Origin: a virus
Reading direction: 5' to 3' (one strand)
IMG/VR virus record: IMGVR_UViG_3300032294_001558
DNA length: 64,000 nucleotides
Part shown: positions 45,931-52,589 of the stretch, piece after piece
Position numbering within the stretch: the stretch's first letter is position 1
Layout: each line of letters opens with the position of its first letter
The notes under the pieces: generated by a model
What the model saw: the letters and a program-made list of their open reading frames with translations, nothing else
Database searches by the model: none
Told to the model about the DNA's origin: nothing
Made by a program: the position numbers and the translations under genes

Positions 45931-46394
45931 ACGCGCCCCCCTTCTTCAGTGAACTCGTACTCGTTAGCGATAAGGGTCTCGTCGATGTATTCGTCCGACT
46001 GTTGATACTCTCGGTCTTCACGCCAAGCCATGAAGCCTGCATAAAGCGCGTCGTCGAATGCGGCGGATGCATTCCGCTTCTTCTTGAAGACATCGTAGAA
46101 GGTTTCCCAAATGTCGGCATCCAGGTAGTACCCGGTAGGCATATGGTCGCGCTTGAACTCCCTAATCTTGCGCCCGCGGAAATTCTCCTTCGTTGCGTCG
46201 TGCTCATAAGACAGGCTATCGACGTCGTAACCCTTCAACGTGACGCCGAATTCTGAACAGAACGCTTCGATGGATTGTCGTGCTTCCTCCTGCCACTCGA
46301 AATCCGCCACACTGCGCCACCATTCCCGAGCGAGTTCTTTGGCCTTGTCGCTGAGTTCATAGAACTTGAACACCTTAACTTCGATTGTCCTCAT
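45927..46394 (-). CDS. hypothetical acidic protein
   Basis: 155 aa, ending ...LIANEYEFTEEGGRV. Confidence 0.45.
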   Translation of the reverse strand: MRTIEVKVFKFYELSDKAKELAREWWRSVADFEWQEEARQSIEAFCSEFGVTLKGYDVDSLSYEHDATKENFRGRKIREFKRDHMPTGYYLDADIWETFYDVFKKKRNASAAFDDALYAGFMAWREDREYQQSDEYIDETLIANEYEFTEEGGRV

Positions 46395-46403
46395 ACTAGC
46401 TCC

Positions 46404-46610
46404 TTAGCGGTGGAATCCACCCTTGTTGTTAATGCCCTTCAAATCTTCTTTGCTTGTCAGCAATATGTAATTGGACTTGTGGAGTGGGGCAATGCACCAC
46501 GAGCGCCGTTCTGCGCGGGCTTCTTCCTCACCGCACAGCAGGCACAAACGTCGCCCAAGGGCGGCACGGGCAGCGGGCACAGGCTCGCCGCAGCGGGGGC
46601 AGGCGGTCAC
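46404..46610 (-). CDS. C4 zinc-finger protein (TraR/DksA-like, tentative)
   Basis: 68 aa with CPRCGE...CLLCG. Confidence 0.45.
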   Translation of the reverse strand: MTACPRCGEPVPAARAALGRRLCLLCGEEEARAERRSWCIAPLHKSNYILLTSKEDLKGINNKGGFHR

Positions 46611-46768
46611 AGCAGTTCCTCCGGAACGTCAACCTCGTCGCCCAGCTTGGACGCGACGAAGCACCGCATAGCTGCGATGAGTGGTGTGGGGCCGAAGTTG
46701 AATCGGTTGGGCCACGGCAGCGCAGCGACCCACCGGGCCTTGATCTCGGGGTTCATCTTGAGTCCCAT
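46607..46768 (-). CDS. 53-aa hypothetical protein (below the track cutoff as a separate gene)
   Basis: ATG 46768 follows the 37-bp junction repeat, which supplies GAAGGAGAA. Sequence MGLKMNPEIKARWVAAL.... Confidence 0.35.
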   Translation of the reverse strand: MGLKMNPEIKARWVAALPWPNRFNFGPTPLIAAMRCFVASKLGDEVDVPEELL

Positions 46769-46799
46769 TTCAGTTCTCCTTCGCCTTCTCGGCGGCGCG
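46763..46799. repeat. 37-bp junction repeat, copy 1
   Basis: Identical to 47085..47121. On the - strand it reads CGCGCCGCCGAGAAGGCGAAGGAGAACTGAAATGGGA. Confidence 0.85.
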
Positions 46800-46811
46800 G
46801 TTAGCTTAGCG

Positions 46812-47090
46812 TTATGCCGCTTCCTTGTCGCCAATAGGACGCCCCACGAGTCGCAGCACCTCGTCTTCGCCGTCGCTGTCTCGCAGCGGGCGCAGGCACG
46901 CATCCAGCGGTGGGCGCGGCATTCCGTTGCTCCCAATCAGCACCGGCTCCGTCCGCCAGCGCGGGCCATAACCAAGTGCGCCCCCACCCTTGGTCAACTT
47001 CACGCATCGAACAATCTTGCCTTCGTTCCCTGCGGCGCTACGCACCACAATAGCAAGATCGCCTTGTTTGCAGTTCAGCTTGCTTCCCAT
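46812..47090 (-). CDS. hypothetical protein
   Basis: ATG 47090 follows junction-repeat copy 2. Sequence MGSKLNCKQGDLAIVVRSAAGNEGKIV.... Confidence 0.45.
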   Translation of the reverse strand: MGSKLNCKQGDLAIVVRSAAGNEGKIVRCVKLTKGGGALGYGPRWRTEPVLIGSNGMPRPPLDACLRPLRDSDGEDEVLRLVGRPIGDKEAA

Positions 47091-47121
47091 TTCAGTTCTC
47101 CTTCGCCTTCTCGGCGGCGCG
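47085..47121. repeat. 37-bp junction repeat, copy 2
   Basis: Encodes the C-terminus ..RAAEKAKEN-stop of 47092..47331, plus the SD and ATG of the next gene. Confidence 0.85.
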
Positions 47122-47331
47122 AGTGAGTCCACCAAGGGCAGCACCCGCACTGCTGGCGCGCAGCACGGTCAGCCTGTCGCACAGCGCGGAGGCCAGGGGC
47201 ACCTCGTCGGGCTGTAGCCGCCCACCCAGCGCCTTCAGCACCAGCAGCGCGTCGTGCTTATCGAGTTCAAACACCCACGTGGGGCGCATCCAGACCGTGG
47301 CCGGCAAGCACTTGTCTTCGGGATTGAACAT
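47092..47331 (-). CDS. hypothetical protein
   Basis: 79-aa ORF. Confidence 0.4.
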   Translation of the reverse strand: MFNPEDKCLPATVWMRPTWVFELDKHDALLVLKALGGRLQPDEVPLASALCDRLTVLRASSAGAALGGLTRAAEKAKEN

Positions 47332-47368
47332 CTCTTACTCCTTCAGTTGTGGGTCTTGGCCGGCGCTT

Positions 47369-47668
47369 TCACTGCTTCAGCGCCGCCAGTTCGTCGGCCA
47401 GCGTCACGGGTTCGCCGCGCTCAATCATGTCGCGCAGCTTCACGCTGGCGGCGTACCACTTGGGCGGGCACAGATTCAGCATGAAATGCGCGTCGGTCAG
47501 CGGGCACACCACGCGCCACGCGGCGCGCTCGTTGCTGTCTTCTTCGTACTCCTGAACCAGCAGGGCGGGCCGCTGGTCATCGGGGTCCATGCAGCTCACA
47601 ACCACGTCGCGCACCAAGCGCAGCGATCCCAGCGCGGGGCCTTCGATCAGCGATTCACCAGCGTACAT
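47369..47668 (-). CDS. hypothetical protein
   Basis: 99-aa ORF. Confidence 0.4.
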   Translation of the reverse strand: MYAGESLIEGPALGSLRLVRDVVVSCMDPDDQRPALLVQEYEEDSNERAAWRVVCPLTDAHFMLNLCPPKWYAASVKLRDMIERGEPVTLADELAALKQ

Positions 47669-47671
47669 TGC

Positions 47672-47935
47672 TTACTCCTTCCACTTGGGCGTCTTTGCCC
47701 ACATTGCCCTGAGGCCAAGGGGTGCGGTCTTGATGATCAGCGCCGGTACCGTGGTCGGCTCCGTGCTGAAGCGGTCGTCGTAGATGAAAGCCTTGGTGTA
47801 CTGTCCACGCGCAACGCGCAGCACAGCGGCACGCAGCGCGCCATCGATAGTCACGGCGTGGCCGAGTCGGTCACCCGCTGCACCGGAGTACTCGGTGCGA
47901 ATGAGGCGCGGTGTGCGCCGGGAAGTGTTGTTCAT
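47672..47935 (-). CDS. hypothetical protein
   Basis: AGGAGC lies upstream of ATG 47935 (MNNTSRRTPRLIRTEY...). Confidence 0.4.
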   Translation of the reverse strand: MNNTSRRTPRLIRTEYSGAAGDRLGHAVTIDGALRAAVLRVARGQYTKAFIYDDRFSTEPTTVPALIIKTAPLGLRAMWAKTPKWKE

Positions 47936-47937
47936 AT

Positions 47938-48213
47938 CTAGCTCCTTGGTTCCCACACAAAGTTGGTCTGTCGTGTGTCTCGCGCTTGCGAGTACGAAAT
48001 GCGGAAGTTGGCACCCAGTGCGCGGAGGATCGCGTTCATATGGGCCGCCGTGGTCGCCGTGTACCAGCCGTACCAGTAAAACTGCACGGTGTCGCCCACC
48101 CACTTCGCGATGGGCGTGGAGTGCAGCGTGTACACAGTGCCATCCGAGTCCGCGTTATGGCACCTACCAGACGATTTCCGCGCAAACGCTTCTGCAAGCT
48201 GTTGTCTGTTCAT
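47938..48213 (-). CDS. hypothetical protein
   Basis: 91 aa. AGGAG lies upstream of the ATG. Confidence 0.4.
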   Translation of the reverse strand: MNRQQLAEAFARKSSGRCHNADSDGTVYTLHSTPIAKWVGDTVQFYWYGWYTATTAAHMNAILRALGANFRISYSQARDTRQTNFVWEPRS

Positions 48214-48235
48214 CCTTACTCCTAGTGTTCGTTTC

Positions 48236-48258
48236 GGGGTTAACCGCCGGGTAACTCG
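48236..48258. promoter_or_regulatory. GTTAAC-N5-GGTAAC inverted-repeat site
   Basis: GGGGTTAACCGCCGGGTAACTCG in the 48214..48268 spacer. Confidence 0.3.
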
Positions 48259-48268
48259 GGCATTGCGT

Positions 48269-48532
48269 TCAGTAGTACCCGATCACCTCTCCATCCAGAA
48301 TGATTTCCTGAATGACTTGGAACGTATACGTGCAGCGCATCTCACCGATGCGCCCGTCGTCGCCGCACCACTCGAAGTGACTGAAGTCTTCGCACCCCAA
48401 GCACGGGCCCGGGGCGTTGGCGATCTCCCAGCTAGTGATAGCAGAAAGTTCCTCCGGGCTATAGCCCGTCTCGTCGCCGTTGATGAGGTACGGTGCCCAA
48501 TGCTCGGGCAGCAAGTAAGTCTGAGTTCTCAT
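48269..48532 (-). CDS. hypothetical protein, first ORF of the leftward early operon
   Basis: 87 aa. GGAGAG lies upstream of the ATG. Confidence 0.45.
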   Translation of the reverse strand: MRTQTYLLPEHWAPYLINGDETGYSPEELSAITSWEIANAPGPCLGCEDFSHFEWCGDDGRIGEMRCTYTFQVIQEIILDGEVIGYY

Positions 48533-49086
48533 ATAACTCTCCGGTTTTCCGCAGCACTGCGCTGCTTACAGGGCTCGTCAACATCTGCGGGGGCTGTGCC
48601 GCATACGGTCGGAGCACTCTAAGCAGGGGGCGAGTGTTTCCACCCCCTGCGGCCCATAGTCGCGCCGCTATGGGTCGGCTGTACTATTAAAGGTCAGTAC
48701 ACAACCCGCCATAGGGGATTACCTATGGGCCTTTTGGCACGCTTCGGGCGTGCCCGTCTCGTGGGATTCTTACCCACTGGAGGACGCGCAGGGACCTTGC
48801 ATGGACGCGCGATGATGTTCTGTTTCGGTATAGCCCCAGGCAGAGTCGGGTGATTGCCGGCGCATAGCGCCCATCCGAGTCACCAGTAACTGCCATCATC
48901 TATACCACAGGGGGTGCGCTGCGCTTAGGTTAACCGGCGGTTAACCCCGCGCTTTTAGTGTTCGCAAGGTGTACTAGCTTTCGCCATCCGGGCGGTGTGT
49001 GAGCACTACCCGGATGCATGTACATGAATTGTTAGAGAGCGTCGGCCCGAGCGTCGGGCCGGTAGGTGAAGACTTTCTCCACCTAC
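48533..49086 (-). promoter_or_regulatory. ~550-nt hairpin-rich leader downstream of the consensus promoter
   Basis: No ORF of 60 aa or more on the - strand. At least 7 stems of 7-8 bp, e.g. 49062..49086, 49043..49061, 48985..49016, 48735..48753, 48709..48728, 48653..48674 and 48622..48650. Confidence 0.35.
48927..48948. promoter_or_regulatory. tandem GGTTAACC palindromes
   Basis: AGGTTAACCGGCGGTTAACCCC inside the leader. Confidence 0.3.
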
Positions 49087-49092
49087 AAATAC

Positions 49093-49121
49093 ATTATACC
49101 ATAGATGCGTCTTTATGTCAA
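49093..49121 (-). promoter_or_regulatory. consensus sigma70 promoter firing leftward
   Basis: The - strand reads TTGACA, a 17-nt spacer, then TATAAT. On the + strand these are TGTCAA at 49116..49121 and ATTATA at 49093..49098. Confidence 0.6.
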
Positions 49122-49146
49122 GTGGTTCACTGCCGCGCATTCACGG

Positions 49147-49254
49147 CCGGAGCCGTCATCTACGATGACCGCCCCGGAGCCGTCATCTACGATGACCGCC
49201 CCGGAGCCGTCATCTACGATGACCGCCCCGGAGCCGTCATCTACGATGACCGCC
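49147..49254. repeat. 4 x 27-bp perfect tandem repeats (iteron/operator array)
   Basis: The unit CCGGAGCCGTCATCTACGATGACCGCC occurs four times. Each unit contains the palindrome GTCATC-TAC-GATGAC. Confidence 0.85.
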
Positions 49255-50380
49255 CCTTGCGAAGATTTTCTAGTGCTTTCTCGCCCTTTGAGTTCATGTT
49301 CCCCTTTGCCCGCGTATTCTTAAACCATTCATCGGCAGCGTACAGGATACCTACGTCCGTTATATAGGGTAGTACTCGGTCCACTACGTATCTACCTTCG
49401 CTGATGATCCTGCCTAGCTTAGTCATGAACAGCACATTCCCGGTGCGATACGGTTCATGCACTCTGTAGCGACCGATTCGCGGGCTTTTGGTTGATTGTC
49501 CTTCGGCGTGCCCCCATTCGATAGGCAGATCGGTGACTGGGCAGCGGGTGGGGAACCCGCCGGGATCGGATGTCGCTAGGTCGTCGATCTTAAATTTGGC
49601 ACCTGACACGGACACCCCCCCGGGGGTCTTGCGATGCTGTGCCGTGCGGAACACGGCGACCACATTCTTTACTTCTTGCATGCGTGGATCGGTACGGGCA
49701 AACTCATACGCAGCGCGGGGGCTTTTGGTCTTGCTATTCGGCACGTCGCTATCTTCTAGCTTGATGCCTTGGTACTTGTTAAGCAGGTTGACTAGCACCG
49801 GCACCGGGATGCCGATACGGCACGCGGCTACCTTCAGCACGGCGAGGGCGCGGGAGGACTTCGCAGCGAGTCTGTCTTCGACGGCAGCTATGGCGTCGGG
49901 GGGGCTGGGCCTCGCGAGCAGTCGGGGGGTCGTTATGTTGCAGGCAAGCTCGGCTAGGGTCTCGGGCAGGGGGGCGGTTAACTGATGGGTAACCCGGTCG
50001 GTTACGGTGGGGCGGCCGTGCGGATCGTATGTGATGAGAAAGGGGTCGGCGTCGGGGGCTATGGCAGCGGTGGCGGCGAGGGCGTCTAGGAATACGGTGG
50101 GGTGGCCGTGGGGGTCGGTGAGGGGCACGACGTACTTATCGAAGACTAGCGCACGGGAGCGGCCCGCCTTGAGGGTGGGCACGGGGAGGTTCCAGCGTAG
50201 CGAGGGGTTGAGCAGGTTGGGGCGGAAGAGGAAGAGAGGGCGCGCGGGGGCGGCGGGGGCGGCGGGGGCGGCGGGGGCGGCGGGGGCGGCGGGGGCGGCG
50301 GGGGCGGCGGGGCTGAGGTAGACGAGGCGGGGGAGCAGGGTGGGGGCGGGGTACTTGAGGGGCGGCATAGGGTTAACCAT
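49241..50380 (-). CDS. hypothetical 379-aa protein with (AAP)7 tract
   Basis: Long ORF with no recognisable domain and no convincing SD at the annotated start. Its 3' end runs into the iteron array. Confidence 0.45.
   Translation of the reverse strand: MVNPMPPLKYPAPTLLPRLVYLSPAAPAAPAAPAAPAAPAAPAAPARPLFLFRPNLLNPSLRWNLPVPTLKAGRSRALVFDKYVVPLTDPHGHPTVFLDALAATAAIAPDADPFLITYDPHGRPTVTDRVTHQLTAPLPETLAELACNITTPRLLARPSPPDAIAAVEDRLAAKSSRALAVLKVAACRIGIPVPVLVNLLNKYQGIKLEDSDVPNSKTKSPRAAYEFARTDPRMQEVKNVVAVFRTAQHRKTPGGVSVSGAKFKIDDLATSDPGGFPTRCPVTDLPIEWGHAEGQSTKSPRIGRYRVHEPYRTGNVLFMTKLGRIISEGRYVVDRVLPYITDVGILYAADEWFKNTRAKGNMNSKGEKALENLRKGRSS
50246..50308. repeat. 7 x 9-bp tandem repeat (GGGGGCGGC)
   Basis: Encodes (AAP)7 on the - strand. 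Confidence 0.8.
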
Positions 50381-50830
50381 TAGAGTTTGGGGAACGGAGA
50401 ATTGTATAAGAGCCGGAGCGGGAGTAAGGGCAGGGATTATATGTTTTCTTGGGGCGCGGGGCCGGGGCAGGGCGCTCGGGCTAGGATTTTTGGAAAAGAT
50501 GAATGTATATACCGCCGGGACTGCGTAGGCGCTACCTAAAAAACGGAAACCTTTTTTAGTGAAATAATCTCGGGTGTAAGGGTTAAGGTTCTGCTCCGTT
50601 TCTTATACAATCTTGGAATTGTTCCGGCTTTTTATTGTCCGTTCCGTTACCGTTCTCAATAAGTTATATAGACTTCAAAACTCGGGTGAACCCTAAGTGC
50701 GGTATAGAAAGTGGTCCCTTACGGGTTTCTACGGATCACCCTTAGAGCTTGGTTTTATATACATCACTTAGGGTTTCTATCTATTTTTAAACCTATATAA
50801 TATATCAAGAACGAAAACGGAACGTTTGGA
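50381..50830. other. AT-rich, motif-dense non-coding region (origin / control-region candidate)
   Basis: Visibly AT-rich compared with its flanks. At least 9 AACGG(A)/(T)CCGTT motifs and several CCTTA/TAAGG motifs. No credible ORF. Coordinates here are +/-1. Confidence 0.35.
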
Positions 50831-50895
50831 ACGGGGGCTGCCCGACTTGCCACGCCCTGCCCGGCCCTGCTTGGGGATCGGGTGTCACGGTGCCC

Positions 50896-50915
50896 GGGTT
50901 ACCCGCCGGGTAACC
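50896..50915. promoter_or_regulatory. GTTAC-N-GTAAC inverted-repeat site
   Basis: The site reads GGGTTACCCGCCGGGTAACC. Confidence 0.3.
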
Positions 50916-50988
50916 GCCCCCTATGCGCGCCGCGCTTGCGTGCTGGCGTGCCGCTCGCGTGCTCTTGACACCCGGTCCCGACCGGGCG

Positions 50989-51013
50989 AAAAAAAGCCCC
51001 GCAGCGCGGGGCT
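50989..51013 (-). terminator. intrinsic terminator of gene 51033..51587
   Basis: On the - strand, AGCCCCGC-gct-GCGGGGCT is followed by T7. A second stem CCCGGTC-cc-GACCGGG lies at 50971..50986. Confidence 0.55.
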
Positions 51014-51032
51014 GCGGGGCTGCGGGCCAAGA

Positions 51033-51587
51033 TTACTTCGCGTTACGCTTCAGCAGCGCGAGCATGCGAGCGGCGCTTTCCTGGAAGGCAACGATATCTT
51101 CGGAGGGCCAAGCCTTCCGGCCCGGTACCTTTGCCCGCATCGCCTCCAAAGCCTGCGCCCATGCGCTATCGATATTCTGCAACCCTTCGGGCTTCGTCTC
51201 GGGCTTCGTCTCGGGCTTCGCCGCGGGCTTACCCTTCGGGCGCCCGGCTCCGGCTCCGGGCTTCGGCCCCGTTGCCTTGCGGATCAGGGCAACCGTGGCA
51301 TTGATCCCCCCGCCGCTTTCCGCGGCGGAATCCACCAGAATACTGAAGTCGCACTCCAGCATGCGCCTGACTTTCGAGAGTTTCACTTTTGCCGATGCTG
51401 CGTCCATATCCCCCGCGGCAACCCGGGCGGCGATCCCTTCGGTCACGGCTTCCACCGCGGCTTCGGGGTCGTAGTTGTCTCCCGCGGCTTCGCGCTGCTC
51501 AATGATGGTTGCAACCAAGGAAGCCCCGGCCACGGCAAGCGCGGCGATGCCTTCAACAATCGGGGCGGCGTTGAACTTCTGCGACAT
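51033..51587 (-). CDS. hypothetical protein (A/E-rich, KPETKPETKPE tract)
   Basis: 184 aa. GGAG lies upstream of the ATG. A monocistronic unit with its own terminator. Confidence 0.5.
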   Translation of the reverse strand: MSQKFNAAPIVEGIAALAVAGASLVATIIEQREAAGDNYDPEAAVEAVTEGIAARVAAGDMDAASAKVKLSKVRRMLECDFSILVDSAAESGGGINATVALIRKATGPKPGAGAGRPKGKPAAKPETKPETKPEGLQNIDSAWAQALEAMRAKVPGRKAWPSEDIVAFQESAARMLALLKRNAK

Positions 51588-51632
51588 GGTATAACTCCGT
51601 TAGTGTCGCGCCGGAATCAGTCCGGTACTGTA

Positions 51633-51651
51633 TAGGTGTATCGTACACCTA
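51633..51651. promoter_or_regulatory. perfect 8-3-8 inverted repeat (operator candidate)
   Basis: TAGGTGTA-TCG-TACACCTA in the divergent region between 51587 and the terminase genes. Confidence 0.35.
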
Positions 51652-51676
51652 CACTCTAGGGAAACGCGTGTTTTTT

Positions 51677-51695
51677 AGTTATCCGCGGGTAACTC
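51677..51695. promoter_or_regulatory. GTTAYC-CGCG-GRTAAC palindrome
   Basis: The site reads AGTTATCCGCGGGTAACTC. Confidence 0.3.
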
Positions 51696-51933
51696 ACCCG
51701 CCCCGGACCCCCCTTGTATGCGTTGGGACTCCGGCGTCGCGCTTCGCGCTGTATTCCGCACAAACAATCCCCACGCGCAAAACGGCGCAACCAAAACTAG
51801 CAAGCGAAACATACGACGGGGCGCGCAAACAAAACCAACAACGGCAGGGTGAACAAAAATAAACTGCGCACAACCAGCCCCACCCCCCGTAAATACAGAA
51901 CCCCCCCCCGGGGGAGGAGTCTCAAAATCCCCC

Positions 51934-52587
51934 TTGCAGGGCATAAAAATTCCGTATAGGATGAGGTGCATGATCGATTGCAACGCCGAATCGTTCGTCC
52001 CCCTGCCGACCCGAGTCTCGCTGCCAACGCTCACATACGAAGAGCTACGCAGGCGGGCCAAGGCTGCCTGTAACGCGGCCCTGCTTCTTCAGGCGGAGGG
52101 CTGCGAAGACCAACCGGACATCGAGTTTGTGCAAACTATCGCCCACAACGCTCTTCGTAAAGCTGCCGAAGGTAAAGATATCGTGGCGGCAGAAGCAGCA
52201 TCAGCCATGAGTACGCCCGAAGGCGCCCTATACGTCGAGCAAATCCTGTCCGCTTACGACATGGAAATAGTGCATGACGCTAAACGCCTGCGCAATTTTG
52301 TAACTAATAAGCTGGTTGTAGAGTCCGAAAATATGGACGCGCGCATTCGTATGAAGGCGCTGGAGCTACTTGGCAAAATTAGTAACGTCGGATTGTTTAC
52401 CGACCGTACCGAAATCACTGTTAACAACCGCTCTACAGTAGAACTCGAAGAGTCTTTGCGAGATAAGATCCGTAAACTGGTAGATAAGCAAAACGTAGAA
52501 GATGCGAAAATTCTGATGCCTACTATCAAGAACACTCAGCTTCAGCCGGACAAAATCCCAGATGTGCGGCAGATTTTGGGTGGCTAA
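51934..52587 (+). CDS. terminase small subunit (tentative)
   Basis: The C-terminal half has RIRMKALELLGKISNVGLFTDRTEITV, typical of TerS families. Lies immediately upstream of terL. The start is uncertain: TTG 51934, ATG 51961 or ATG 51970. Confidence 0.5.
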   Translation: MQGIKIPYRMRCMIDCNAESFVPLPTRVSLPTLTYEELRRRAKAACNAALLLQAEGCEDQPDIEFVQTIAHNALRKAAEGKDIVAAEAASAMSTPEGALYVEQILSAYDMEIVHDAKRLRNFVTNKLVVESENMDARIRMKALELLGKISNVGLFTDRTEITVNNRSTVELEESLRDKIRKLVDKQNVEDAKILMPTIKNTQLQPDKIPDVRQILGG

Positions 52588-52589
52588 AT

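Noticed and set aside
48760-48776. tRNA-like anticodon stem-loop (GTGGG-ATTCTTA-CCCAC) in the early leader. A tRNA gene was looked for here and in the other spacers.
   Set aside because: No acceptor, D or T arms and no GGTTCGAAT-type T-loop could be built around it. Position 37 would be a pyrimidine. It is treated as one of the leader hairpins.
49147-49254. Possible CRISPR array (the 27-bp repeats), and likewise the hexamer repeats at 40.5-44.3 kb.
   Set aside because: The repeats are directly abutting with no spacers. No cas genes or leader are present. They are tandem repeats, not CRISPR.
48999-49367. The + strand ORF translating the iterons as (GAVIYDDRP)x4, and its sibling 49105..49323.
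   Set aside because: No SD. The orientation opposes both flanking operons. It overlaps the consensus promoter and the end of the 379-aa gene. The periodicity is explained by the DNA repeat.
50338-50882. An apparent 1-nt disagreement between my hand translation of the printed sequence and the ORF track. The G-run at 50338..50341 seems one G longer, and the G-run at 50881..50882 one G shorter, than the track's reading frames require. It affects ORFs 49241..50380, 50340..50528 and 50826..51635.
   Set aside because: Both sites fall exactly at line breaks in G-runs, so a miscount on my part is the most likely cause. Track coordinates were used for the ORFs. My own coordinates between 50341 and 50880 are flagged as +/-1. 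It is not interpreted biologically.
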